Positions 52,896-62,207 of a stretch of DNA of 64,000 bases are shown here, in pieces. The stretch covers positions 2,147 to 66,146 of the forward strand of contig JBDKGR010000001.1 of the NCBI GenBank assembly GCA_039798085.1, in the 5' to 3' direction. The position numbers and the translations under genes were made by a program. Below the pieces are notes generated by a model. It was not told the origin of the DNA and did not search any database. It saw only the letters and a list, made by a program, of their open reading frames with translations. Position 1 is the stretch's first letter. Each line of letters starts with the position of its first letter. This stretch comes from Pseudomonadota bacterium (GTDB taxonomy: Bacteria > Pseudomonadota > Gammaproteobacteria > Burkholderiales > Burkholderiaceae_C).

Positions 52896-53729
52896 ATGAT
52901 TCTTGAAACCCTTCTTGCCCACCCCTTTGATTTACCCAGTATTCCCCGCGTGGTGGCATTGCTGTTGGTAGAGTTGGATCACGCAGAGGTTGATTTGTCC
53001 AAGGTCAATGAATTGATTCAGAGCGACCCCGCCCTTACCGCACGGTTGTTGCGCCTTGCCAACACCCCCTGTTTCAACATGACCGCGTGCATTCACAGCG
53101 TGCCCGAAGCCTTGGCATTATTGGATTTGCGCTATGTGAAAACAATCGCACAAGCCGCGATCGGCATTGGATCGTCCAAAACCCAAACCTCCATGCAAAC
53201 TATACGCGGTTTGCATTTACCCCAGTTTTGGAATTACAGCCACAATGTGGCAAAAGTTTCTCGCGCATTGGCGGGCTTGGTCTATCAAAATCAACAAACC
53301 GCCTTTACCTGCGGATTGATTCATGCCATTGGTGAACTGGCGATGCACCTTATGATGCCTCAGTCTATGGCAGAACTGAACGATAGAATCCCCCCCCTTA
53401 ATTGGTCGCGTGCCAAATTAGAGCAACAGGAATTGGGCTATTGTTATGCCAACGTCAGTGCTGGACTCGCTCGGATATGGCACTTCCCCCCCGCTATCGT
53501 GGATGCTTTGGAACACCAACACGCTCCGTTTCAGGATGGTGTTTATGAGCCTTTGGCTGGTGTCATTCATTTGGCTTCTTGGCGTGTACGCGCTAAAGAA
53601 TCCCAAGCCAATGAACGCACGATGGCAACCACGTTTCCCGATGAAGTGGGTGTTACTTTAGACTTGGACATGGATTCTGTGCTACAGCAAGACCCCTTCG
53701 ATTGGGGTAAAAATACCCAGTACACCTAA
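52896..53729 (+). CDS. HDOD domain protein
   Basis: LPSIPRV, DPALTARLLRLAN, FW..SH, GLIHAIG and WHFP. Confidence 0.9.
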   Translation: MILETLLAHPFDLPSIPRVVALLLVELDHAEVDLSKVNELIQSDPALTARLLRLANTPCFNMTACIHSVPEALALLDLRYVKTIAQAAIGIGSSKTQTSMQTIRGLHLPQFWNYSHNVAKVSRALAGLVYQNQQTAFTCGLIHAIGELAMHLMMPQSMAELNDRIPPLNWSRAKLEQQELGYCYANVSAGLARIWHFPPAIVDALEHQHAPFQDGVYEPLAGVIHLASWRVRAKESQANERTMATTFPDEVGVTLDLDMDSVLQQDPFDWGKNTQYT

Positions 53730-53784
53730 AACCTAAAACCTGAAACCTACAACCTACCACCTGAACTCAAAAATAACAAAAATC

Positions 53785-54834
53785 ATGCACGCACTTCACC
53801 TTTATGCAGGCGCTTCTGCCTATGCTGCCATCGCCCGCAATGGATTGCAAGCGGGAGATATTTGCACCATTCCCGCAGCCGCTGGAGGCCCCAAGGGTTT
53901 GGTTTTGGGTGCGTTGGATCGTTTTATTTTTGGTGATTGGTTGCCCCAATCCCAGCAGCCGATTGATTTAGTTGGTGCATCCATCGGTGCATGGCGCATG
54001 AGCAGTGCCTGCTTCAACAATCCGCGCGTCGGTTTGGCACAACTGGAGTACGACTATATCCATCAGCATTACGCTGATGCGGCTAGTGTCAGCAAAGAAT
54101 TCGGGCAAATTTTGCATTCTTTTTACCGAGGTCGGGAACACGAGGTGATCCATAACCGCCGTTATCGCCTGCACATCATGACGGCTAGAGGACGGCACTT
54201 ATTGCGCACCGAGCATCCTTGGCTCACGCCGATGGGCTACACCGGAGCCTTCATCAGCAATTTGGTACGGCGCAAAGCGCTGGGCTGGTGGTTAGAGCGG
54301 GTGGTATTTTCTAATCCCCATGCGGCGTTACCATTTGCTACGGGGGATTTTCCGACGCAACAAATTCCGTTTAATGCCCACAATTTAATTCCAGCGGTGT
54401 TGGCGAGTTGCTCGATTCCTTTTGTGTTGGATGCGGTTTCTGATATTCCCAACGCCCCCGCCGGTGCATATTGGGATGGGGGGATTACCGACTACCATCT
54501 GCATCTTCATTATCGAAGCGAGAAAAACGGCATTATTTTGTATCCCCATTTTCAGAAAGCCGTCATCCCGGGTTGGTTGGATAAGCATTTGCTTTGGCGA
54601 CACCGCGCGACTTCTGCCTTGGATCATGTGCTGCTGCTTGCACCGAATCCAGAATGGATCAAAACATTGCCTAATGGCAAGCTCCCAGATCGTACCGACT
54701 TTGCCCGCTATGGCAAAGATGGACGCAGCCGTATTCATGCGTGGAAGAGCGCCTGCCGTGCCAGCACCCAACTCGCCGATGAATTCGCTGCATGGCTTGA
54801 AAGACCAGATTGTGGGAGGGTACAAACCCTGTAA
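53785..54834 (+). CDS. Patatin-like phospholipase
   Basis: AAGGPKGL, GASIG nucleophile elbow and DGG. Confidence 0.85.
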   Translation: MHALHLYAGASAYAAIARNGLQAGDICTIPAAAGGPKGLVLGALDRFIFGDWLPQSQQPIDLVGASIGAWRMSSACFNNPRVGLAQLEYDYIHQHYADAASVSKEFGQILHSFYRGREHEVIHNRRYRLHIMTARGRHLLRTEHPWLTPMGYTGAFISNLVRRKALGWWLERVVFSNPHAALPFATGDFPTQQIPFNAHNLIPAVLASCSIPFVLDAVSDIPNAPAGAYWDGGITDYHLHLHYRSEKNGIILYPHFQKAVIPGWLDKHLLWRHRATSALDHVLLLAPNPEWIKTLPNGKLPDRTDFARYGKDGRSRIHAWKSACRASTQLADEFAAWLERPDCGRVQTL

Positions 54835-54896
54835 TCGCTGATACAAGCGATGTATGGGCGGGGTATCATTACCGCCTTTGTTTTATTTCAGTTTCA

Positions 54897-57800
54897 GTGC
54901 GTCTTCATTCCATCAAACTATCAGGGTTCAAATCTTTTGCTGACCCAACCCATTTTCAACTCCCCGGGCAACTTGTTGGCGTAGTCGGGCCGAATGGGTG
55001 CGGCAAATCCAACATCATGGACGCGGTGCGCTGGGTGCTGGGTGAAAGTCGGGCAAGCGAATTGCGCGGTGAATCCATGCAGGACGTTATTTTTAACGGC
55101 TCCACCACCCGCAAACCCGCCGGACGCGCCAGCGTCGAATTGATTTTCAATAACGCCGATCACCGCGCAGGCGGGCAATGGAATGCGTTTGAAGAAATCG
55201 CCGTGAAGCGGATATTGACACGCAGCGGTCATTCCACCCATGCGGGAGGCACTTCCAGTTACCTCATCAACAACCAAGTGGTGCGGCGGCGCGATGTGCA
55301 GGACGTTTTCCTCGGCACGGGTTTAGGCCCTCGCGCTTACGCCATCATTGGGCAGGGAACGATTAGCCGCATCATTGAATCGAAACCCGAAGAATTGCGG
55401 CTGTTTTTGGAGGAAGCCGCTGGCGTGTCCAAATACAAAGAACGCCGCCGCGAAACCGAAAACCGCCTCACCGATACGCGCGAAAATTTGACTCGCGTCG
55501 ATGATATTTTGCGCGAACTCACCGCCAACTTGGAAAAGCTGGAAAAGCAAGCCGAAATCGCCCAGCGTTACCAAGGATTGCAATCGGAAGTCACGCTCAA
55601 GCAGCACCAACAATGGTTTTTGAAGCGCGCCGAAGCCCAAGCCGATCAAGCAAAAGTCCGCGCCGATGCAGAAGCAGCCATCAACGCGCTCGAAGAACAA
55701 ACCGCCAAGCTGCGCCACATCGAAGCCGATTTAGAAACCGTGCGCCAAGCGCATTACACGGCAGGCGATGAATTGAACCAATCCCAGCGCCTGCTGTACG
55801 AAGCCAACGCCGATATTGGGCGCTTGGAAGCCGAGATTCGCTACGTGGTTGAAGGGCGGAAGCGGGTCGAACAGCGGCTGGTGACACTGCAAGATCAAAT
55901 TCAGCAATGGGCAACGCGCAAAGAAGATGCGGAATTGGAATTGGAACGCCTTGCCGAACTTGCCGTAGTCGGGGATGAGCAAGCCGAACTGCTTGCCGCG
56001 CAGGTGGAGGAGCAAGCCGAGCAACTGCCCGAGCTGGAAGACGTGCTGAATCAAGCGCAATCCGCCGCCAACACCCAGCGCAATGCCGTTGTGCAAGTGC
56101 AGCAGCAAATTCAAGTGCTGGGAGCCGAGCAGCGCGGGATGGAAACGCAAATCCGCCAGCTCAACCAGCGGCACGAACGCCTGAATACCGAGCGCAAAGC
56201 CTTGGTGATGCCGGATGCGGGGCGTTTGGAGGAGTTGGAATTCCAGCTCGAAGAAGCGCAAGAAAGCGCCGTGATTGCCGATGCGCGCCTGCAAGAGCTG
56301 CAAGAACTTTTGCCCCAGCGGGACGAAGCGCGGCGCGTGCAGCAAAAAGCGGTGAATCACGAATCGGCACAGCAAGCGGATTGGGCGGCGCGCTTATCGG
56401 CGCTCAAAGCCTTGCAGGAAAAAGTCAAAACCAACGGCAAATTGCAGCCTTGGCTGAAAAAACACGGTTTGGATGCGTTAGCCGTGTTGTGGAGCCGTAT
56501 CCACATCAAAGCGGGTTGGGAAACCGCGCTAGAAGCCGCGCTGCGGGAACGCTTGGGCGCGTTGGAAGTATCGCGTTTGGAGATGCTGCGCGCCTTTGCC
56601 AACGACCCGCCACCGGGGAAGTTGGTTTTCTTCGATGCTCCTAAAAACGTAGCTGCTACCGCATTATCTACGGGCGTTACAAGCCATTTTCCTTCATTAT
56701 TTCAGTATTTGCAGATTCCCGATGATGGCTTAAAAGCGATTTTGCAGCATTGGTTGCACGGGTGTTTTACCGCCAAGCGTTTGGAAGATGCGCTTGCTGC
56801 CCGCGATCAGTTGGAAGAAGGGCAAGCGATTTATTTGCCATCCGGTCACGTCGTCACGCGGCACAGTGTGGGATTTTTTGCGCAGGATTCGGAGCAATCC
56901 GGTTTGCTGGCGCGGGCGCAGGAAATTGACAATCTGGACAAAGAATTGCGCGCCCAAATCCTGCTCACCGACCAAGCGCGGGCGGATTTGGTGCGGACAG
57001 AAAATGCGTATGCCCAAGTTGCGCAAGATGTTGTCGCCGCGCGCCGCGATGCCACGCAAACGCAAAGCGCCGCGCACAGCCTGCAAGTGGAATATATGCG
57101 CCTGCACCAAGCGGTTGAGCAAGCCCAGCACCGCAGCAGCCAAATGGAAGCGGATTGGCACGAAATCCAAACCCAGTTGGACGATTTGCAAGAGCGTCGC
57201 ATCGAAGCCGAAGGGCGTTTTGAAATGCTGGATAGGGAGCTAGCCGATGCCCAGCAGCGCCATGCCGAATTGGAAGATAGCGTTATCACGGCGCAAACTC
57301 TGCTCACCCAGTGCCGCGATCAACAACGTCGCCTAGAGCGTCAAGCGCAAGAAGCCGCCTTCACCCAGCGCAGTTTGCAAGCACGCAGCGCCGAGCTGGC
57401 GCGCACGGTGGATACGGCGGCGCAACAATCGCAGGCCGTTCATGCCGAAATGCAGCGGGCGCAGGACGAATTGCACCGTTTAAGCGATGCCGCCGCGCAA
57501 GCAGGGCTGCAAAACGCGCTGACAGAACAACTAGAGCGGGAAAAAGCCCTTGCCGATCAGCGCAATGCTCATGAAGCCTTGGGTGCTCAGTTACGCCAGT
57601 ACGAAGCGCAGCGCACCGAGCTAGAACGCGCATTAGAGCCTCTGCGCCAACGCATCACCGATTTCCAATTGAAGGAACAAGCGGCGCGGCTGGGATTTGA
57701 ACAATACGAATTGCAATTAACCGAAGATAAAGCCGATTTGGCGCGCATCGAGCAGTCGATTCAAGAAGGCGATGTGCGTTTGCAAGGAATTCAAGCGGAA

Positions 57801-58445
57801 ATCGACCGTTTGCAGCGCGCGATTATCGGTTTGGGCGCGGTTAATTTGGCAGCGTTGGAAGAATTGGCGGTAGCCCGCGAACGCAAAGACTTTTTGGATG
57901 CGCAAAACGCCGATTTAACCCAAGCCATGCAAACTTTAGAGGATGCTATCCGTAAAATCGACGCAGAAACCCGCGATATGCTGCTGGGCACGTTCAACCA
58001 AGTGAATGAACACTTTGGGCGGATGTTCCCCGAATTGTTTGGCGGCGGCAATGCCAAGCTGATGATGGTGGGGGAGGAGATTTTGCATTCGGGCATTCAA
58101 GTGATTGCGCAGCCGCCGGGAAAGAAAAATCAAACGATTCATCTTTTATCCGGCGGCGAAAAAGCATTGACGGCTATTGCGCTGGTGTTTGCTATTTTTC
58201 AACTCAACCCCGCGCCGTTTTGCTTGCTAGATGAGGTGGATGCGCCTTTGGACGATGCCAACACCGAGCGCTACGCCAAACTGGTACGCAGCATGAGCGC
58301 GGAAACCCAGTTTTTATTTATTAGTCACAACAAAATTGCGATGGAAATGGCAGAGCAACTGATAGGCGTTACGATGCAGGAACAGGGTGTTTCGCGCATC
58401 GTCACTGTGGATATGGAAGCGGCTATTTCGTTGGTAAAAAATTAG
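54897..58445 (+). CDS. smc: Chromosome segregation protein SMC
   Basis: GTG start; GFKSF, GPNGCGKSN, long coiled coils, LSGGEK and LDEVDAPLD. Confidence 0.97.
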   Translation: MRLHSIKLSGFKSFADPTHFQLPGQLVGVVGPNGCGKSNIMDAVRWVLGESRASELRGESMQDVIFNGSTTRKPAGRASVELIFNNADHRAGGQWNAFEEIAVKRILTRSGHSTHAGGTSSYLINNQVVRRRDVQDVFLGTGLGPRAYAIIGQGTISRIIESKPEELRLFLEEAAGVSKYKERRRETENRLTDTRENLTRVDDILRELTANLEKLEKQAEIAQRYQGLQSEVTLKQHQQWFLKRAEAQADQAKVRADAEAAINALEEQTAKLRHIEADLETVRQAHYTAGDELNQSQRLLYEANADIGRLEAEIRYVVEGRKRVEQRLVTLQDQIQQWATRKEDAELELERLAELAVVGDEQAELLAAQVEEQAEQLPELEDVLNQAQSAANTQRNAVVQVQQQIQVLGAEQRGMETQIRQLNQRHERLNTERKALVMPDAGRLEELEFQLEEAQESAVIADARLQELQELLPQRDEARRVQQKAVNHESAQQADWAARLSALKALQEKVKTNGKLQPWLKKHGLDALAVLWSRIHIKAGWETALEAALRERLGALEVSRLEMLRAFANDPPPGKLVFFDAPKNVAATALSTGVTSHFPSLFQYLQIPDDGLKAILQHWLHGCFTAKRLEDALAARDQLEEGQAIYLPSGHVVTRHSVGFFAQDSEQSGLLARAQEIDNLDKELRAQILLTDQARADLVRTENAYAQVAQDVVAARRDATQTQSAAHSLQVEYMRLHQAVEQAQHRSSQMEADWHEIQTQLDDLQERRIEAEGRFEMLDRELADAQQRHAELEDSVITAQTLLTQCRDQQRRLERQAQEAAFTQRSLQARSAELARTVDTAAQQSQAVHAEMQRAQDELHRLSDAAAQAGLQNALTEQLEREKALADQRNAHEALGAQLRQYEAQRTELERALEPLRQRITDFQLKEQAARLGFEQYELQLTEDKADLARIEQSIQEGDVRLQGIQAEIDRLQRAIIGLGAVNLAALEELAVARERKDFLDAQNADLTQAMQTLEDAIRKIDAETRDMLLGTFNQVNEHFGRMFPELFGGGNAKLMMVGEEILHSGIQVIAQPPGKKNQTIHLLSGGEKALTAIALVFAIFQLNPAPFCLLDEVDAPLDDANTERYAKLVRSMSAETQFLFISHNKIAMEMAEQLIGVTMQEQGVSRIVTVDMEAAISLVKN
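56637..56688 (+). repeat. Dispersed ~50-bp repeat copy, in-frame inside smc (hinge region)
   Basis: gctcctaaaaacgtagctgctaccgcattatctacgggcgttacaagcc; locally AT-richer than the flanking smc sequence. Confidence 0.78.
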
Positions 58446-58482
58446 CAAAAAATTAGTAAAAAATTAGCAAAAAATTCTTATT

Positions 58483-59508
58483 ATGAGCAACTTACAAATT
58501 GGATTGGTTATTGTGGGCAGCGTGGTGCTAGTCGCCCTGATTGTGCATGGTGTTTGGATCACACGCAAAAATACCCCCCGCCAACCAGCGGCAACCCCTG
58601 AATCCCCATCGGCAAAAAATCAATTAGAGGAATTGAATTCCCTTCCCCCGCCGCCACCCAATTCCATTTTGCCGCGCAGTTTGGGGTTGGATTATTTGAT
58701 TGATGCCATCGCTACCGTCACCCTCAAAGCCGATGGTAGAAGCGTATCGGGCGATGCGGCGATTGCTGCCATGCCATCTACCCGCCGAGTAGGGAGCAAA
58801 CCGTTTGCGATTGAAGGTCTAAACCTCGCTACGCGCGAGTGGGAAACACTGGTTTCAGAGCATCGTTACCGCATCTTTCAGGCTGGAGTGCAACTGGCGA
58901 ATCGGACTGGGGCGTTGAATGAAATCGAGTATTCCGAATTCGTTGCCAAAACCCAAGCCTTTGCCGATGCGCTGGATGCGAATGTGGAATTTACCGATAT
59001 GTTGCAAGAAGTGGCACGCGCCCGCGATCTCGATCAATTCGCCAATGCCCATGATGCCGTCTTAAACCTCAGTCTGCACGCAACGCGGGTGGCATGGAGT
59101 TTGGGTTATGTGCAGCAAACGGCAGTGAATCTGGGTTTTGTGATGGGTACATTACCCGGCTGCATGGTGTTGCCCCACGCCAGCGATAACCCCACTCCCT
59201 TGTTGGTGCTGTACTACGATCAGCAAGCGGCATTGGCAGACCACCCCGAGAATGTGGCTGTAAATAAAATATCGTTGCAACTGGATGTAACGCATATTGA
59301 CCGCTACGAACAACCGTTTGAGCGGATGCGGCAGGTGAGTTCTCATTTAGTAGAAATCATGGAAGGCGTGATTACCGACGACAACAACCAAGAACTCAGC
59401 AACCAAGCAATGGATCAAATCGGCATGGATTTGTACCGACTCTACGAAGTCCTTGACCAGCGCGACCTTTCGGCGGGTTCACCATTGGCTAAACGTCTGT
59501 TTTCTTAA
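58483..59508 (+). CDS. zipA: ZipA-like cell division protein (C-terminal FtsZ-binding domain)
   Basis: N-terminal TM anchor, Pro-rich linker, QLANRTGALNEIEYSEF and AGSPLAKRLFS; follows smc. Confidence 0.85.
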   Translation: MSNLQIGLVIVGSVVLVALIVHGVWITRKNTPRQPAATPESPSAKNQLEELNSLPPPPPNSILPRSLGLDYLIDAIATVTLKADGRSVSGDAAIAAMPSTRRVGSKPFAIEGLNLATREWETLVSEHRYRIFQAGVQLANRTGALNEIEYSEFVAKTQAFADALDANVEFTDMLQEVARARDLDQFANAHDAVLNLSLHATRVAWSLGYVQQTAVNLGFVMGTLPGCMVLPHASDNPTPLLVLYYDQQAALADHPENVAVNKISLQLDVTHIDRYEQPFERMRQVSSHLVEIMEGVITDDNNQELSNQAMDQIGMDLYRLYEVLDQRDLSAGSPLAKRLFS

Positions 59509-60346
59509 CCGTATAAACCAACGCCCCAATCACCACCGCCCCCCCGATTAAAACAGTAGATTCAGGAACTTCGCCCGCGCCCGCCCACGCCAACAGGATA
59601 CCGAATACCACCTCCAGCAGCGCTAAAAGCGACAATTCCGGCGCTTTCAACACGCGGGCGCACAGCACCGATAGCACGCACGGCACAGCGAGTTGGAAGA
59701 CCCCTAAAAACGCCAATAATCCGACATCATGCCCCGTTGCTTGAAACGGAAATGCCAACGGCAAAGTTGCCAAGCTGCTGATGGTTGCACCCACTAAAAC
59801 CGCTGGAACCAAATCCACATCATGCCCTTGGGTGTGGGAATTTTGCACAATCGTCCAGTTACAGGCACTTGCCAAGGGAACGCACAAGGCAATGAGGCTT
59901 CCCAACCACTGACCGCCCCCCAGTTGCGCACCGTACATATACACAATCCCTGCACCCGCCACCGCAATGGCAAACCAAGTGCGGGTAGCGATGCGATGCC
60001 CAATGAAAATTCGCGCAATTAACGCTGTAAAGAGCGGCCCCAACGCAAGGGTGATAAGCACATTGGCAACGCTGGTTAAGGTCATCGCCAACATAAAGGT
60101 GGTGAACATCACTCCCCAACACAAACCGGATAACCAAAAACTCCATCCGGCATGGCGCATATTGGCAAACACGCGCCATCCCCGCAAGCTGGGCAGAATG
60201 AAAAGTAGCGCCAATGCCGTGAAGCAAGAGCGCCAAAATGTCACTTCAAAGCTACGGGCAGCGTCCAAATGGCGCGTTACCACGCCAGCGGTTGCCCACA
60301 GGAAGGTGGCAAGCACCATCCATGCAACGGCTCGATGGTGGGTCAC
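59489..60346 (-). CDS. DMT/EamA family transporter
   Basis: About 10 TM segments with EamA-like repeats. Confidence 0.87.
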   Translation of the reverse strand: MTHHRAVAWMVLATFLWATAGVVTRHLDAARSFEVTFWRSCFTALALLFILPSLRGWRVFANMRHAGWSFWLSGLCWGVMFTTFMLAMTLTSVANVLITLALGPLFTALIARIFIGHRIATRTWFAIAVAGAGIVYMYGAQLGGGQWLGSLIALCVPLASACNWTIVQNSHTQGHDVDLVPAVLVGATISSLATLPLAFPFQATGHDVGLLAFLGVFQLAVPCVLSVLCARVLKAPELSLLALLEVVFGILLAWAGAGEVPESTVLIGGAVVIGALVYTVKKTDV

Positions 60347-60364
60347 AAAACCTCGTATTCGTAT

Positions 60365-62188
60365 TTATTCACGGCTAGCGCGTTTACGCTCATGCTCTTT
60401 CAAGAAACGTTTGCGCAGGCGAATTGATTTGGGCGTGATTTCAACCAACTCATCATCCTCAATAAACTCTACGCCGTATTCCAGCGTGCAGTCGATTGGG
60501 GGGGTGATTTTGATTGCATCTTCTTTACCGGATACACGGAAATTGGTGAGCTGCTTGGTACGGGTCGCATTCACGATCAAATCGTTATCGCGGTTGTGGA
60601 TACCCACAATCATGCCTTCATAAACCGGATCATTCGCTTTCACGAACATCCGACCGCGATCATCCAATTTGCCCAGCGCGTAGGTGAAAATTTCACCATC
60701 GTCCATCGAAATCAACACACCGTTTTTACGACCGCCGATTTCACCTTTATGGGGTTCATAGCTGTCGAAGATATTGGCAATTAAACCCGATCCGCGCGTC
60801 AAATTCATGAATTCGTTGGCAAAACCAATCAAACCCCGCGCGGGGATACGGTATTCCAAACGGACACGTCCACGGCCATCGGGTTCCATATTGACCAATT
60901 CGCCTTTGCGCTCGCCCAATGCTTGCATCACACCGCCTTGGTGGGTTTCTTCGATGTCCGCTGTTACCAATTCGATTGGTTCATGGCGTTCGCCGTTGAT
61001 GTCGCGGAACATGACGCGGGGTTTAGAAACCGCCAATTCATACCCTTCACGGCGCATATTTTCCAACAGAATCGTCAAATGCAGCTCGCCGCGACCCATG
61101 ACTTGGAAGATACCTTCTTCGTCGGTTTCCATCACGCGCAATGCCACGTTGTGTTGCAATTCTTTTTGCAAACGATCCCAGATTTGGCGGCTGGTAACGA
61201 ACTTGCCTTCGCGTCCTGCCAACGGGCTGGTGTTCACGCAGAAGTTCATGGTGAGCGTAGGCTCATCCACTTGCAGCATGGGCAGCGGAGCGGGATTGAT
61301 GGGGTCGGTCACCGTAACGCCGATACCGATGTCGGCAATACCGTTAATTAACACGATTTCACCCGGGCCGGCTTCGGTTGCTTGCACGCGCTCCAAACCT
61401 TGGAAAGTCAGCACTTGGTTGATACGACCTTTCACGACGGAACCATCCGTACCTTCCATCACGACCACATCCATACCGGGTTTGATCGTGCCTTGGCTGA
61501 TGCGTCCTACGCCAATGCGTCCGACGAAGGAAGAGAAATCCAACGCCGAAATTTGCAACTGCAACGGTGCTTCAGGGTCGCCTTGTTGTGCCGGAACGTG
61601 CTTCAAAATGGTGTTGAAGAGGGCGGACATATCGGGCCCCCATTGTTCACCCGCCGCGCCTTCGTCCAAAGACGACCAGCCGTTGATGCCGGAAGCGTAC
61701 ACCACGGGGAAATCCAACTGCTCATCGGTAGCACCCAATTTGTCGAACAAATCGAAAGCCGCATTGACCACTTTATCGGGATTTGAACCGGGTTTGTCCA
61801 CTTTGTTCACGACCACAATCGGCTTCAAACCGAGTGCCAACGCCTTTTTGGTCACAAAACGGGTTTGGGGCATAGGGCCTTCTTGTGCATCAATCAGCAA
61901 CACCACGCCATCGACCATCGACAAAGCACGTTCCACTTCACCGCCAAAGTCCGCGTGTCCGGGGGTATCCACGATGTTGATGTGCGTACCTTCCCACGTT
62001 ACTGCGCAGTTTTTCGCCAAAATGGTAATACCACGTTCTTTTTCGATAGCGTTGTTATCCATCACGGTATCGACCACTTTTTCGTGCTCGGCAAACGTAC
62101 CGGATTGGCGCAGCAACTGATCCACCATCGTGGTTTTGCCGTGGTCAACGTGGGCGATGATGGCGATATTGCGAATTTGATGACTCAT
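60365..62188 (-). CDS. typA: Translational GTPase TypA/BipA
   Basis: AHVDHGKTT, DTPGHADFGGE, NKVD and EITPKSIRLRK. Confidence 0.98.
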   Translation of the reverse strand: MSHQIRNIAIIAHVDHGKTTMVDQLLRQSGTFAEHEKVVDTVMDNNAIEKERGITILAKNCAVTWEGTHINIVDTPGHADFGGEVERALSMVDGVVLLIDAQEGPMPQTRFVTKKALALGLKPIVVVNKVDKPGSNPDKVVNAAFDLFDKLGATDEQLDFPVVYASGINGWSSLDEGAAGEQWGPDMSALFNTILKHVPAQQGDPEAPLQLQISALDFSSFVGRIGVGRISQGTIKPGMDVVVMEGTDGSVVKGRINQVLTFQGLERVQATEAGPGEIVLINGIADIGIGVTVTDPINPAPLPMLQVDEPTLTMNFCVNTSPLAGREGKFVTSRQIWDRLQKELQHNVALRVMETDEEGIFQVMGRGELHLTILLENMRREGYELAVSKPRVMFRDINGERHEPIELVTADIEETHQGGVMQALGERKGELVNMEPDGRGRVRLEYRIPARGLIGFANEFMNLTRGSGLIANIFDSYEPHKGEIGGRKNGVLISMDDGEIFTYALGKLDDRGRMFVKANDPVYEGMIVGIHNRDNDLIVNATRTKQLTNFRVSGKEDAIKITPPIDCTLEYGVEFIEDDELVEITPKSIRLRKRFLKEHERKRASRE

Positions 62189-62207
62189 AGTGCTAAGTTT
62201 CTTTCTT

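Noticed and set aside
51427-52959. 510-aa minus-strand ORF
   Set aside because: Antisense shadow of the codon-biased aceA gene.
54834-54851. atcgct-gataca-agcgat inverted repeat upstream of smc
   Set aside because: The 6-bp arms are too short to assign; it could be chance or a degenerate hairpin.
60774-62120. 448-aa plus-strand ORF
   Set aside because: Antisense to typA, with the Ser/Pro/Thr-rich composition typical of shadow frames.
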